Shown here: in pieces, positions 48,685 to 61,416 of the stretch
Layout: each line of letters begins with the position of its first letter
Position numbering within the stretch: the first letter of the stretch is position 1
NCBI RefSeq assembly: GCF_058153355.1
Contig: NZ_CM177019.1
DNA length: 64,000 bases
Strand: one strand, 5' to 3'
Notes under the pieces: generated by a model
Seen by the model: only the letters and a program-made list of their open reading frames with translations
Databases searched by the model: none
What the model was told of the DNA's origin: nothing
Program-made: the position numbers and the translations under genes

Positions 48685-49860
48685 CTACAACCCTAACGCA
48701 TATTTCAGCGCCTGCCGTTTCAATACGCCAGCACGCTCCGCCGCCATTAACCCGAGATTACGCATAAAACGCAGTGGCGGCAGATTATTGCTGAATCCGG
48801 CATAAAACAGATCCATACCGCTTTGCATAATGAAGTTATCCGCCATACGCCGCATCTGGTAACGCTTGAGGACAGGATAACTGGCCCACGCTTCACCGTA
48901 GCTGCGGGCATTCACCAGAACGTCAATCAGCGCATCAACATCGCGATAACCGAGGTTAACCCCCTGCCCCGCCAACGGATGAATGGTGTGCGCGGCATCG
49001 CCCACCAGCGCAAGCCCTGGTTGCACATACTGCAACGCATGGCGGCGCGTCAGCGGAAACGCACCAGCGGCGAGTGGCATCACGTACCCAAGACGCGACG
49101 GGAAATGCTTCGCGATTTCCGCCTGTAACTGCGCCATATTCATATTCTGCAACTGGCGAATGCGTGCCGGAGAGTCATACCACACCAGCGATGCCCAGTT
49201 ATCAAACAGCGGCAGAAACGCACGAGGTCCATCCGGGGTAAATTGCTGCCAGGTGCTGTCGCCGGGATCGTTCTCACACTGTACGCTAATCAACATACAC
49301 GACTGTGCATACTGCCAGGCATGAACGCCAATTCCCGCCATCTGCCGCACCTGCGAATTTGCGCCGTCGGCACCAATCACCAGCTTCGCGCGGATCGTTT
49401 CACCGCCCTTCAGTTCCAGCTCCTGAAGATCATTATGGCGATGCAGCGCAATCAGCGAGCCTGGCACACGTAACGTTACTTTCGGATGCGCTTCCAGCGC
49501 CTGCCACAGCGCCTGTTGCAGGACAGTGTTTTCCACCATATAGCCAAGCAACGGCAGCTTCAATTCGGCTGCATCAAACACCACATGCGCCGTTTCCCAC
49601 TCCCACGTTTCCAGTCTGCGATAAGGATGGCAACGCATGGCCTGTACCGCGTCCCAGACGCCTAAACCTTTAAGCAATGATACCGAAGCCGCACTAATCG
49701 CCGAGATCCGCACGTCAGGCTGGCTGTCAGCGACAAACGGTGCAGGTTGGGCATGTTCGATAACCGTTACCGAAAATCCGTGCTGAGCCAGTCCCAGCGC
49801 CAGTGCGCCGCCGACCATTCCTCCGCCGACAATGGCAATTTCCGTTGGTTGATTTGTCAT
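48685..49860 (-). CDS. ubiF: 2-octaprenyl-3-methyl-6-methoxy-1,4-benzoquinol hydroxylase
   Basis: 391 aa from MTNQPTEIAIVGGGMVGG (FAD-binding GxGxxG). Confidence 0.85.
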   Translation of the reverse strand: MTNQPTEIAIVGGGMVGGALALGLAQHGFSVTVIEHAQPAPFVADSQPDVRISAISAASVSLLKGLGVWDAVQAMRCHPYRRLETWEWETAHVVFDAAELKLPLLGYMVENTVLQQALWQALEAHPKVTLRVPGSLIALHRHNDLQELELKGGETIRAKLVIGADGANSQVRQMAGIGVHAWQYAQSCMLISVQCENDPGDSTWQQFTPDGPRAFLPLFDNWASLVWYDSPARIRQLQNMNMAQLQAEIAKHFPSRLGYVMPLAAGAFPLTRRHALQYVQPGLALVGDAAHTIHPLAGQGVNLGYRDVDALIDVLVNARSYGEAWASYPVLKRYQMRRMADNFIMQSGMDLFYAGFSNNLPPLRFMRNLGLMAAERAGVLKRQALKYALGL

Positions 49861-50005
49861 GGTCAATCATCCTGTTAGCAATATGCTTTAAGTTTACAGG
49901 ATTTTTACCCCCAAGGGCTGATAACGCTCATACTGGTCACAACGGCAGCAAAGCATTACACTATGCGCCCTGCATTCCTGGCTACTATTTCGCAAGAGCA
50001 AGTCG

Positions 50006-51430
50006 ATGACCAAAAAACTCCATATTAAAACCTGGGGCTGTCAGATGAATGAGTACGATTCATCGAAGATGGCCGATCTGCTGGATGCCACCCACGGCTA
50101 TCAACTGACCGACGTGGCGGAAGAAGCGGATGTGCTGCTGCTGAACACCTGCTCAATCCGCGAGAAGGCTCAGGAAAAAGTCTTCCATCAGTTGGGTCGC
50201 TGGAAACTGTTAAAAGAGAAGAATCCAGACCTGATTATCGGCGTCGGCGGCTGCGTGGCATCGCAAGAAGGCGAGCACATTCGCCAGCGCGCCCACTATG
50301 TTGATATTATTTTTGGGCCGCAAACGCTGCACCGTCTGCCGGAGATGATCAACTCCGTGCGCGGCGATCGCAGCCCGGTTGTAGATATCAGCTTCCCGGA
50401 AATCGAGAAGTTTGACCGTCTGCCGGAACCGCGTGCCGAAGGACCAACCGCGTTTGTCTCCATCATGGAAGGCTGCAATAAATATTGCACCTACTGTGTG
50501 GTGCCTTACACCCGTGGTGAAGAGGTAAGCCGTCCTTCCGACGATATTCTGTTTGAGATTGCCCAGCTTGCGGCTCAGGGCGTGCGTGAAGTCAACCTGC
50601 TCGGTCAGAACGTGAACGCCTGGCGTGGTGAGAACTACGACGGCACCACCGGATCGTTTGCCGATCTGCTGCGTCTGGTTGCGGCGATCGACGGGATCGA
50701 TCGTATTCGCTTTACCACCAGCCATCCGATCGAATTCACCGACGATATAATCGAGGTGTACCGCGACACGCCGGAGCTGGTGAGCTTCCTGCATCTGCCG
50801 GTTCAGAGCGGTTCCGATCGCATTCTAAACCTGATGGGACGTACCCACACGGCGCTGGAGTACAAAGCGATCATCCGTAAATTGCGTGCGGCGCGTCCTG
50901 ATATTCAGATCAGTTCTGACTTCATTGTCGGCTTCCCGGGCGAAACCACCGAAGACTTCGAAAAAACGATGAAGCTGATTGCCGACGTCAATTTCGACAT
51001 GAGCTACAGCTTTATCTTCTCCGCTCGTCCAGGAACGCCTGCCGCCGATATGGTTGATGATGTTCCGGAAGAAGAGAAGAAGCAGCGTCTGTATATTCTG
51101 CAAGAGCGCATTAATCAGCAAGCGATGGCATGGAGCCGCCGTATGCTCGGCACCACCCAGCGTATTCTGGTAGAAGGTACATCGCGTAAGAGCATCATGG
51201 AGCTTTCCGGTCGTACTGAAAATAACCGCGTGGTCAACTTCGAAGGTACGCCGGATATGATCGGTAAATTCGTCGATGTAGAAATTACCGACGTCTACCC
51301 GAACTCTCTGCGCGGTAAAGTGGTGCGTACTGAAGATGAAATGGGTCTGCGCGTGGCAGAAACACCGGAATCGGTGATTGCCCGTACCCGCAAAGAAAAT
51401 GACCTGGGCGTGGGTTATTATCAGCCGTAA
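50006..51430 (+). CDS. miaB: tRNA-i6A37 methylthiotransferase
   Basis: 474 aa; radical-SAM CxxxCxxC (CNKYCTYC) and TRAM domain. Confidence 0.9.
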
Positions 51431-51582
51431 TTCTCAGGCCCGCCGTTCCGGTGGGCCTTGTTTTTTCTCTCTTTATCCCCATCTTTATCGCAATGCTTGC
51501 GCCTTTTTCCTGTGGCGTGAATAATTTCCTTATAGGCCGGTGAATGTTCAGCTTCCGGCGGCATACAGATAAGAGGAACGGT

Positions 51583-52623
51583 TTGAACATAGACACTCGC
51601 GAAATCACTCTGGAGCCAGCAAACAACGCACGTCTGTTGAGCCTGTGCGGCCCGTTTGATGACAACATCAAACAACTCGAACGCCGTCTCGGCATCGAAA
51701 TCAATCGCCGCGATAACCACTTTAAACTGACCGGCCGTCCGATTTGCGTCACCGCTGCGGCAGACATTCTGCGTAGCCTGTATGTCGATACTGCCCCGAT
51801 GCGCGGTCAGATTCAGGATATCGAGCCGGAACAGATCCACCTGGCGATTAAAGAAGCGCGCGTGCTGGAACAAAGTGCGGAGAGCGTGCCGGAGTATGGC
51901 AAAGCGGTCAATATCAAGACCAAACGAGGTGTAATTAAACCGCGCACGCCAAACCAGGCGCAGTACATCGCCAATATTCTCGACCATGATATTACCTTCG
52001 GCGTTGGCCCGGCGGGTACGGGTAAAACCTACCTGGCAGTGGCTGCGGCAGTTGATGCCCTGGAGCGTCAGGAAATTCGCCGTATTCTGCTGACTCGTCC
52101 GGCGGTAGAAGCCGGTGAGAAACTGGGCTTCCTGCCTGGCGATTTAAGCCAGAAAGTGGACCCGTATCTGCGCCCGCTGTATGACGCGCTGTTTGAAATG
52201 TTGGGCTTTGAGAAAGTCGAGAAGCTGATTGAGCGCAACGTTATTGAAGTCGCGCCACTGGCCTATATGCGTGGTCGTACGCTGAACGACGCGTTTATCA
52301 TTCTTGATGAGAGCCAGAACACCACCATCGAACAGATGAAGATGTTCCTGACTCGTATCGGTTTTAACTCAAAAGCGGTTATTACCGGCGATGTCACGCA
52401 GATCGACTTACCGCGTAATACTAAATCAGGTTTACGTCACGCTATCGAAGTGTTAGCCGATGTCGAAGAGATCAGCTTTAACTTCTTCCACAGCGAAGAC
52501 GTGGTTCGTCACCCGGTGGTAGCGCGTATCGTTAACGCTTATGAAGCCTGGGAAGAAGCCGAACAAAAACGAAAAGCGGCGCTGGCAGCAGAACGCAAGC
52601 GCGAAGAACAGGAACAAAAATGA
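51583..52623 (+). CDS. ybeZ: PhoH-like ATPase YbeZ
   Basis: Walker A GPAGTGKT; start uncertain (possible TTG at 51583 versus ATG at 51544). Confidence 0.8.
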
Positions 52624-53087
52624 GTCAGGTGATCCTCGATTTACAACTGGCATGTGAAGATAATTCCGGGTTACCGGAAGAGAGCCAGTTTCAGACATGG
52701 CTGAATGCGGTGATCCCGCAGTTTCAGGAAGAATCGGAAGTGACGATTCGCGTGGTCGATACCGCCGAAAGCCACAGTCTCAATCTGACCTATCGCGGTA
52801 AGGATAAGCCGACCAACGTGCTCTCCTTCCCGTTTGAAGTACCGCCTGGCATGGAGATGTCGCTGCTGGGCGATCTGGTTATCTGCCGTCAGGTCGTTGA
52901 GAAGGAAGCACAAGAGCAAGGCAAACCACTGGAAGCGCACTGGGCGCATATGGTGGTGCACGGCAGTCTGCATTTGTTAGGTTACGATCACATCGAAGAC
53001 GACGAAGCAGAAGAAATGGAAGCCCTCGAAACAGAGATTATGCTTGCTCTGGGCTATGAGGATCCGTACATTGCCGAGAAAGAATAA
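52620..53087 (+). CDS. ybeY: Endoribonuclease YbeY (rRNA maturation)
   Basis: 155 aa with [11 protein letters not shown] zinc motif; overlaps ybeZ stop. Confidence 0.9.
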
Positions 53088-53176
53088 TTTGCCAGGCATT
53101 TGACTGGCAGACATCCCCGCCGTTGGTGATTAACGACGGCGTTTTGATTAACCAACATGAGAACCCATACGACGCC

Positions 53177-54055
53177 ATGAGCGACGACAATTCACACAGT
53201 AGTGACACGATAAGCAACAAGAAGGGATTTTTCTCCCTGTTACTCAGCCAACTTTTCCACGGTGAACCGAAAAACCGTGACGAACTGCTGGCGCTGATCC
53301 GTGATTCCGGGCAGAACGACCTTATCGACGAAGATACGCGCGATATGCTCGAAGGGGTGATGGACATCGCAGACCAACGCGTTCGCGACATCATGATCCC
53401 CCGCTCCCAGATGATTACCCTGAAACGCAACCAGACGCTGGACGAATGCCTTGATGTCATCATCGAGTCCGCCCACTCACGTTTCCCGGTGATTAGCGAA
53501 GACAAAGATCACATTGAAGGGATTCTGATGGCGAAAGACTTGCTGCCGTTTATGCGCAGCGATGCAGAAGCCTTCAGCATGGACAAAGTGTTACGTCAGG
53601 CGGTTGTCGTTCCTGAAAGTAAGCGCGTAGACCGGATGCTGAAAGAGTTTCGCTCTCAGCGTTACCACATGGCGATCGTCATTGACGAATTCGGTGGGGT
53701 TTCCGGTCTGGTGACCATTGAAGATATCCTGGAACTGATTGTTGGTGAGATTGAAGACGAGTATGACGAAGAAGATGATATCGACTTCCGTCAGCTGAGT
53801 CGTCATACCTGGACCGTGCGCGCACTGGCTTCCATCGAAGATTTCAACGAAGCCTTCGGCACCCACTTTAGCGATGAAGAAGTCGACACCATCGGAGGTC
53901 TGGTGATGCAGGCATTTGGGCATCTCCCGGCGCGTGGCGAAACCATCGACATCGACGGTTACCAGTTCAAAGTGGCGATGGCCGACAGTCGGCGTATTAT
54001 TCAGGTTCATGTCAAAATCCCGGATGACTCACCCCAGCCAAAGCTGGATGAATAA
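53177..54055 (+). CDS. corC: Magnesium/cobalt efflux protein CorC (CBS-pair plus CorC_HlyC domains)
   Basis: 292 aa from [11 protein letters not shown]. Confidence 0.85.
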   Translation: MSDDNSHSSDTISNKKGFFSLLLSQLFHGEPKNRDELLALIRDSGQNDLIDEDTRDMLEGVMDIADQRVRDIMIPRSQMITLKRNQTLDECLDVIIESAHSRFPVISEDKDHIEGILMAKDLLPFMRSDAEAFSMDKVLRQAVVVPESKRVDRMLKEFRSQRYHMAIVIDEFGGVSGLVTIEDILELIVGEIEDEYDEEDDIDFRQLSRHTWTVRALASIEDFNEAFGTHFSDEEVDTIGGLVMQAFGHLPARGETIDIDGYQFKVAMADSRRIIQVHVKIPDDSPQPKLDE

Positions 54056-54079
54056 AACCGAAACTGGATAGATAACTAC

Positions 54080-55618
54080 ATGGCTTTTGCCTCATTAATT
54101 GAACGCCAGCGCATTCGCCTGCTGCTGGCGTTATTATTCGGTGCCTGCGGAACGCTGGCCTTCTCTCCTTACGATGTCTGGCCTGCGGCGATTATTTCGC
54201 TGATGGGACTTCAGGCGCTCACCTTTAACCGCCGTCCACTCCAGTCTGCCTCTATTGGCTTTTGCTGGGGATTTGGCCTGTTTGGCAGCGGTATTAACTG
54301 GGTCTATGTCAGCATCGCGACCTTTGGCGGAATGCCTGGCCCGGTTAACATCTTCCTGGTGGTGCTGCTGGCGGCGTATTTGTCGCTGTATACCGGACTG
54401 TTTGCTGGCGTGCTGTCGCGTCTGTGGCCGAAAACCACCTGGCTGCGCGTGGCGATTGCCGCCCCTGCTCTCTGGCAAGTGACCGAGTTTCTGCGCGGTT
54501 GGGTGCTGACTGGCTTCCCGTGGTTGCAGTTCGGCTATAGCCAGATTGACGGTCCGTTAAAAGGACTGGCACCGATAATGGGCGTGGAAGCCATTAACTT
54601 CCTGCTGATGATGGTAAGCGGCCTGCTGGCACTGGCGTTGGTCAAACGCAACTGGCGTCCGCTGGTGGTGGCCGTCGTGCTGTTTGCCCTTCCCTTCCCG
54701 CTACGTTACATCCAGTGGTTTACCCCGCAACCGGAGAAAACCATTCAGGTTTCGATGGTTCAGGGCGACATTCCGCAATCGCTGAAGTGGGATGAAGGCC
54801 AGCTTCTCAATACGCTGAAGATTTACTACAACGCAACGGCACCGCTGATGGGCAAGTCATCGCTGATTATCTGGCCTGAATCGGCGATAACCGACCTGGA
54901 AATTAATCAGCAGCCGTTCCTCAAAGCACTGGACGGTGAGTTGCGTGATAAAGGTAGCTCGCTGGTCACCGGGATTGTCGACGCGCGTCTCAATAAGCAG
55001 AATCGCTACGATACCTACAACACCATCATCACGCTGGGTAAAGGTGCACCGTATAGCTACGAATCAGCCGATCGCTATAACAAAAACCATCTGGTACCGT
55101 TTGGCGAGTTTGTCCCGCTGGAGTCGATTCTGCGTCCGTTAGCACCGTTCTTTGATCTGCCGATGTCGTCATTCAGCCGTGGACCATATATCCAACCACC
55201 GCTGTCGGTAAATGGTATTGAGCTTACTGCGGCTATTTGCTACGAGATCATTCTCGGCGAGCAAGTGCGCGATAACTTCCGCCCGGATACCGACTATCTG
55301 CTGACTATCTCCAACGATGCGTGGTTTGGTAAGTCTATTGGCCCATGGCAGCACTTTCAGATGGCGCGAATGCGTGCGCTGGAGCTGGCGCGCCCGCTGC
55401 TGCGTAGCACCAACAACGGCATTACGGCGGTGATTGGCCCGCAGGGTGAGATTCAGGCGATGATCCCGCAATTCACCCGCGAGGTGTTGACCACTAATGT
55501 GACGCCGACTACCGGACTCACACCGTACGCACGTACCGGCAACTGGCCGCTGTGGGTACTGACGGCACTGTTTGGTTTTGCCGCTGTGTTGATGAGACTG
55601 CGAGCACGTCAACGTTAA
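54080..55618 (+). CDS. lnt: Apolipoprotein N-acyltransferase
   Basis: 512 aa; N-terminal transmembrane segments plus C-terminal nitrilase-fold domain. Confidence 0.9.
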   Translation: MAFASLIERQRIRLLLALLFGACGTLAFSPYDVWPAAIISLMGLQALTFNRRPLQSASIGFCWGFGLFGSGINWVYVSIATFGGMPGPVNIFLVVLLAAYLSLYTGLFAGVLSRLWPKTTWLRVAIAAPALWQVTEFLRGWVLTGFPWLQFGYSQIDGPLKGLAPIMGVEAINFLLMMVSGLLALALVKRNWRPLVVAVVLFALPFPLRYIQWFTPQPEKTIQVSMVQGDIPQSLKWDEGQLLNTLKIYYNATAPLMGKSSLIIWPESAITDLEINQQPFLKALDGELRDKGSSLVTGIVDARLNKQNRYDTYNTIITLGKGAPYSYESADRYNKNHLVPFGEFVPLESILRPLAPFFDLPMSSFSRGPYIQPPLSVNGIELTAAICYEIILGEQVRDNFRPDTDYLLTISNDAWFGKSIGPWQHFQMARMRALELARPLLRSTNNGITAVIGPQGEIQAMIPQFTREVLTTNVTPTTGLTPYARTGNWPLWVLTALFGFAAVLMRLRARQR

Positions 55619-55748
55619 TGTGAATGATGCACTGGCCAGCAAAATCGCATCATTTTTGCAGGCCAGATAAACTGTTCACACCACATCCGGTATCAACAAA
55701 ACGTACTTTCTCATTGAGCTGTGGGGCGTGATTATCATGCCCCTTTTT

Positions 55749-57626
55749 TTACGGTTCAGGGATACAAGCCACATCGCCATATTGGGGATGCCGAATAATT
55801 GCCTGCGGATCAAGCGAGCGCGTCCTGTCCATTTGGATTAACCCGTTCTTCGCCATAACAAATATCTTTCTACCATCCGCTGAAAAACGAAGATGATTAA
55901 CGTAGCTGGCAGGATAAACGCCAATAATCTGCCCGGCATTAATATTGAGCAGGATGACATAACCTTGCAGGCCATATGACACCAACGCTAAATACTGACC
56001 GTCCGGGCTAATACCCTCAACAGAATAAACGCTCCTGCTACACCATTGCGTCATAATGCTGGCTTGTTGATCCCCTGTGCTTATACGTGAAATCCCCTGA
56101 CTATCGGCAAAAATAACCTCACCATTTTTTGGTCGGAATCCCATCGCAGAAACGACACCACGCGCATCACCTGCGGGAAAGTCTTCTTTCTGATGCGTGA
56201 TGGTATTGATCCGCACGATGTTACCTCTGCCTGCTCCTGGAACCAGTAATGTTTTTTCATCCGGGGAAAGTGCCATAACCCAGGCGCCTGGTTTACCGCT
56301 CGTCCCCGTCCCGTCGTATTTCTCCAGTGCGATATCCGCCACATGCTGATAAGTCACCAGATCAATCGCTGACACACTATTACTGGTGCGATTCATCACC
56401 CAGGCTTTTGTGCCATCACGCGAGAGGATAAGGCTGTCAGGATGGGCGCCGGTGGTAATCGACTGAATAATCTCCCCCGTCGCCACGTTAACGACCGATA
56501 ATGCATTCGCTTCAAATGAAGTCGCATACAGCAACTTTTCATCGGGGCTTAACACCAGCGATCTGACGCCCTGATCTTTACAGCCACCACAATGTTTGAC
56601 TGACTTTTCTTTCGCTATGGGCGCTGTAAAGGTATGCAGGATTTTCTTTTGTCCGAGGTCGAAAACAACAATACTGTTCGTGTTTTCAATTGCGGCATAT
56701 AACGTATTACCATCCCGATTGATCGCCATATCATGGATATCGGCAATCTCAGCGAGCAAATCACCACTGGCCTGTTCACGACTTACCGGAGCGGATAATG
56801 TTTCCCTGAGGGCATTGCGTTCCTCCGCTAACTGCTGCTTTTTATGCCGTCGCTCTTGTTCAATCTCCTGCGGATAAAACTCTTCACGCAGGCTTTGCCT
56901 GACCTGCAAAACTGATTCATCAATCTGCTGCTGCACAAGCCAGATAGCCCCGGTCAGTAGAAGACTACCCGCAACAATAATCCCACCTTCCGTAACGAGC
57001 CGGTTTTGCCCAGATAAACGCGCACTCAGCCAACCCAACGCTCCACCTGCCATCAGGCCGCCAATGTGGCAAGCGTTATCTATTCCTGCTTGCCGGGCAC
57101 CATACAACAGTGTCAGCGCCACCATACCCAACAGAGAAAATACTCGCCGCTGGTTTTTATGGTGTGTACCCGCACCTGAAGAAAGCTGTGTTGCTATCGC
57201 AGCGCCAGCTATTCCCATAATTGCCCCGGATGCCCCAACGCTGATGACTATCTGCTCACTTTCGCGTAACGCATAACAGGCGCTGATGAGCCCACCAAAG
57301 ATGCCGGAGAATAACCAGATAATCAGGAGTCGCCATTTCCCCAGTATCCGTTCCGCCACTGTCCCCACCACCAGGAGTGCAAACATATTCATCAGCAAAT
57401 GGGAAAAACTACTGTGCAGAAAAACACTGCTCAATAAGCGCCAGGGTTCACCCGACAACGTGAGAGAGGCAACGTTAGCGCCGAGATGGATGAGTGCGGA
57501 TTGATCGACTTCTTCATAACTCATCCATTGTGCGAGGTAACAAAATATCCCAACACATAGCGCAAAAAGGATCAGGGTTATTGCGGGTAATTGAACATTT
57601 AACGGCTTAACCGAAGATGCAGACAT
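55749..57626 (-). CDS. Rhomboid-family intramembrane serine protease fused to a C-terminal beta-propeller (YVTN-like repeat) domain
   Basis: About 625 aa from MSASSVKPLN (AAGGAAG ribosome-binding site); rhomboid signatures GASGAIMG (GxSG) and HIGG; coiled-coil linker; repeated S/T-rich beta-strand motifs (e.g. NSIVVFDL, NALSVVNVATGE, NSVSAIDL). Confidence 0.7.
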   Translation of the reverse strand: MSASSVKPLNVQLPAITLILFALCVGIFCYLAQWMSYEEVDQSALIHLGANVASLTLSGEPWRLLSSVFLHSSFSHLLMNMFALLVVGTVAERILGKWRLLIIWLFSGIFGGLISACYALRESEQIVISVGASGAIMGIAGAAIATQLSSGAGTHHKNQRRVFSLLGMVALTLLYGARQAGIDNACHIGGLMAGGALGWLSARLSGQNRLVTEGGIIVAGSLLLTGAIWLVQQQIDESVLQVRQSLREEFYPQEIEQERRHKKQQLAEERNALRETLSAPVSREQASGDLLAEIADIHDMAINRDGNTLYAAIENTNSIVVFDLGQKKILHTFTAPIAKEKSVKHCGGCKDQGVRSLVLSPDEKLLYATSFEANALSVVNVATGEIIQSITTGAHPDSLILSRDGTKAWVMNRTSNSVSAIDLVTYQHVADIALEKYDGTGTSGKPGAWVMALSPDEKTLLVPGAGRGNIVRINTITHQKEDFPAGDARGVVSAMGFRPKNGEVIFADSQGISRISTGDQQASIMTQWCSRSVYSVEGISPDGQYLALVSYGLQGYVILLNINAGQIIGVYPASYVNHLRFSADGRKIFVMAKNGLIQMDRTRSLDPQAIIRHPQYGDVACIPEP

Positions 57627-57959
57627 AAGGTGATTCTTCCTTGAAAAGACAGGTAAAAAAGCATTTTTCCCGTGTGCAGTTATCATCCCGGCAAACGTCC
57701 CATACCGAAAAGTTAACTCTGTCCGAAATATGACTTTTTCAGCCTGAAATTACAATCGTAATTAATTCACCCCTAAGTATTTTTTGGCATGTAAGTTGCT
57801 TTATTTACTGTGTAAGCAATGAAATCAGCCGCAACGCAACCGGGTTGCACCAACACAAATCAGCGGTAGCACCAAAAAGGTGCGGTTTAAGAGTTTTGCT
57901 TCGGAATGGTGCGGCGCATCTCGCAAAAACAAACAATAAAACATCAATATCTTTACATT

Positions 57960-58081
57960 TAACCAAACTAAATGTTACCTAACAAACACAACACTGCACA
58001 ATAAAGTTGCAGATGATAACAACACAAACACTCACAACGGGTATCCATGCGTTCTTAACGCAGAAGATAAAGGAGTTGGAT
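57960..58081 (+). promoter_or_regulatory. C/A-rich gltI 5' leader (translational enhancer / candidate sRNA target)
   Basis: Long run of acaaac / caacac repeats immediately upstream of the gltI ribosome-binding site AAGGAG. Confidence 0.45.
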
Positions 58082-58990
58082 ATGCAATTACGTAAACCTG
58101 CCACAGCAATCCTGGCCCTGGCGCTTTCCGCAGGACTGGCACAGGCAGATGACGCCGCCCCGGCAGCAGGCAGTACGCTGGACAAAATCGCCAAAAACGG
58201 TGTGATTGTCGTCGGTCACCGTGAATCTTCAGTACCTTTCTCTTATTACGACAATCAGCAAAAAGTGGTGGGTTACTCGCAGGATTACTCCAACGCCATT
58301 GTTGAAGCAGTGAAAAAGAAACTCAACAAACCGGACTTGCAGGTGAAATTGATTCCGATCACCTCACAAAACCGTATTCCGCTGCTGCAAAACGGCACTT
58401 TCGATTTTGAATGTGGTTCTACCACCAACAACGTCGAACGCCAGAAACAGGCGGCTTTCTCCGACACTATTTTCGTGGTCGGTACGCGCCTGCTGACAAA
58501 AAAAGGCGGCGATATTAAAGATTTTGCCGATCTGAAAGACAAAGCCGTCGTAGTCACTTCCGGCACCACCTCTGAAGTTTTGCTCAACAAACTGAATGAA
58601 GAGCAAAAAATGAACATGCGCATCATCAGCGCCAAAGATCACGGTGACTCTTTCCGCACCCTGGAAAGCGGTCGTGCCGTTGCCTTTATGATGGATGACG
58701 CTCTGTTAGCCGGTGAGCGAGCGAAAGCGAAGAAACCAGACAACTGGGAAATCGTCGGCAAGCCGCAGTCTCAGGAAGCCTACGGTTGCATGTTGCGTAA
58801 AGACGATCCGCAGTTCAAAAAGCTGATGGATGACACTATCGCTCAGGTGCAGACCTCCGGTGAAGCGGAAAAATGGTTTGATAAGTGGTTCAAAAATCCA
58901 ATTCCGCCGAAAAACCTGAACATGAATTTCGAACTGTCGGACGAAATGAAAGCACTGTTCAAAGAACCGAATGACAAGGCACTGAACTAA
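58082..58990 (+). CDS. gltI: Glutamate/aspartate ABC transporter periplasmic binding protein
   Basis: 302 aa from MQLRKPATAILALALSAGLAQA (signal peptide). Confidence 0.9.
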   Translation: MQLRKPATAILALALSAGLAQADDAAPAAGSTLDKIAKNGVIVVGHRESSVPFSYYDNQQKVVGYSQDYSNAIVEAVKKKLNKPDLQVKLIPITSQNRIPLLQNGTFDFECGSTTNNVERQKQAAFSDTIFVVGTRLLTKKGGDIKDFADLKDKAVVVTSGTTSEVLLNKLNEEQKMNMRIISAKDHGDSFRTLESGRAVAFMMDDALLAGERAKAKKPDNWEIVGKPQSQEAYGCMLRKDDPQFKKLMDDTIAQVQTSGEAEKWFDKWFKNPIPPKNLNMNFELSDEMKALFKEPNDKALN

Positions 58991-58994
58991 TTAC

Positions 58995-59150
58995 AAGAAC
59001 CAGGGGCGGAAATTCCAGCCCTCTCGATTGTTACGTAGCACGGACAGACTATACGCCTGATGGTCGTTCCCCATCGGGCCTGAAAACCGCAATACGCTGG
59101 GTAACAATCTTCGAGGGTAGCAGTTAACGCTGCTACCCTTTTTTTTCTGG
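58995..59150 (+). ncRNA. sroC: Candidate SroC-type sRNA from the gltI-gltJ spacer
   Basis: 169-bp structured intergenic segment ending in a strong terminator hairpin gggtagcagttaacgctgctaccc plus T8. Confidence 0.45.
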
Positions 59151-59159
59151 AGTAGATTT

Positions 59160-59900
59160 ATGTCTATAGACTGGAACTGGGGTATTTTTTTACAACAAGC
59201 CCCGTTCGGCAACACCACCTATCTTGGTTGGATCTGGAGTGGTTTTCAGGTGACGATTGCTTTGTCGATCTGCGCCTGGATTATCGCTTTCCTCGTCGGT
59301 TCATTTTTCGGCATTTTACGTACCGTTCCAAACCGTTTTCTCTCCGGTCTGGGTACGTTGTATGTCGAACTGTTCCGCAACGTGCCGTTGATTGTGCAAT
59401 TCTTTACCTGGTATCTGGTTATCCCTGAACTGTTGCCGGAAAAAATCGGCATATGGTTTAAGGCAGAACTAGACCCAAATATTCAGTTTTTCCTCTCCTC
59501 CATGCTCTGTCTGGGACTGTTTACTGCAGCTCGTGTTTGCGAACAAGTACGCGCCGCGATTCAGTCGCTGCCGCGTGGGCAAAAAAATGCCGCGCTGGCG
59601 ATGGGTCTGACGCTTCCGCAGGCTTACCGCTACGTACTGTTGCCTAACGCTTATCGCGTTATCGTCCCGCCAATGACCTCTGAGATGATGAACCTGGTAA
59701 AAAACTCCGCCATCGCCTCGACCATCGGTCTGGTAGATATGGCGGCGCAGGCCGGTAAATTGCTCGATTACTCAGCCCACGCCTGGGAGTCATTTACCGC
59801 CATTACGTTGGCGTATGTGTTGATTAACGCTTTTATCATGCTGGTGATGACGCTGGTTGAACGTAAAGTTCGCCTGCCCGGCAACATGGGGGGCAAATAA
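59160..59900 (+). CDS. gltJ: Glutamate/aspartate ABC transporter permease
   Basis: 246-aa membrane protein. Confidence 0.9.
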   Translation: MSIDWNWGIFLQQAPFGNTTYLGWIWSGFQVTIALSICAWIIAFLVGSFFGILRTVPNRFLSGLGTLYVELFRNVPLIVQFFTWYLVIPELLPEKIGIWFKAELDPNIQFFLSSMLCLGLFTAARVCEQVRAAIQSLPRGQKNAALAMGLTLPQAYRYVLLPNAYRVIVPPMTSEMMNLVKNSAIASTIGLVDMAAQAGKLLDYSAHAWESFTAITLAYVLINAFIMLVMTLVERKVRLPGNMGGK

Positions 59901-60573
59901 TGTACGAGTTTGACTGGAGTTCCATTGTTCCTTCCCTGCCATATCTGCTCGACGGGCTGGTGATCACCCTGAAAATCACCATCACGGCGGTGGTCATTGG
60001 TATTTTGTGGGGTACGTTGCTGGCAGTAATGCGCTTGTCCAGCTTTGCGCCGATTGCCTGGTTTGCCAAAGCCTACGTTAACGTGTTCCGTTCGATCCCG
60101 TTAGTCATGGTTTTGCTATGGTTTTACCTGATTGTGCCGGGTTTTCTGCAAAACGTGCTGGGATTATCGCCAAAAAATGATATCCGTTTAATTTCGGCGA
60201 TGGTGGCGTTTTCGATGTTTGAAGCGGCCTACTATTCAGAGATTATCCGTGCCGGTATTCAAAGTATTTCCCGTGGTCAGTCGAGCGCCGCGCTGGCGTT
60301 GGGGATGACTCACTGGCAGTCGATGAAACTGATTATTCTGCCGCAGGCGTTCCGCGCGATGGTGCCGCTGCTGCTCACTCAGGGCATCGTACTGTTCCAG
60401 GATACCTCGCTGGTGTATGTGTTATCTCTGGCCGATTTCTTCCGTACCGCCTCAACCATTGGTGAGCGTGATGGTACGCAGGTTGAGATGATCCTGTTTG
60501 CCGGATTTGTTTATTTCGTTATTAGCCTTAGCGCATCGTTGTTGGTCAGCTACTTGAAAAGAAGGACAGCTTA

Positions 60574-60574
<1 letters not shown>
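59900..60574 (+). CDS. gltK: Glutamate/aspartate ABC transporter permease
   Basis: 224-aa membrane protein; start overlaps gltJ stop. Confidence 0.9.
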
Positions 60575-61299
<725 letters not shown>

Positions 61300-61416
61300 T
61301 CACTCTGGCGCGCATACCCAAGTGCGCGCCATCTCACGCTTTATCGTTTCGCTCCTCGTATCTGTTACATCCTGGCGGTACCCTTGTCGCAAAGAAGCAC
61401 ACAACAAGGAGCAACA

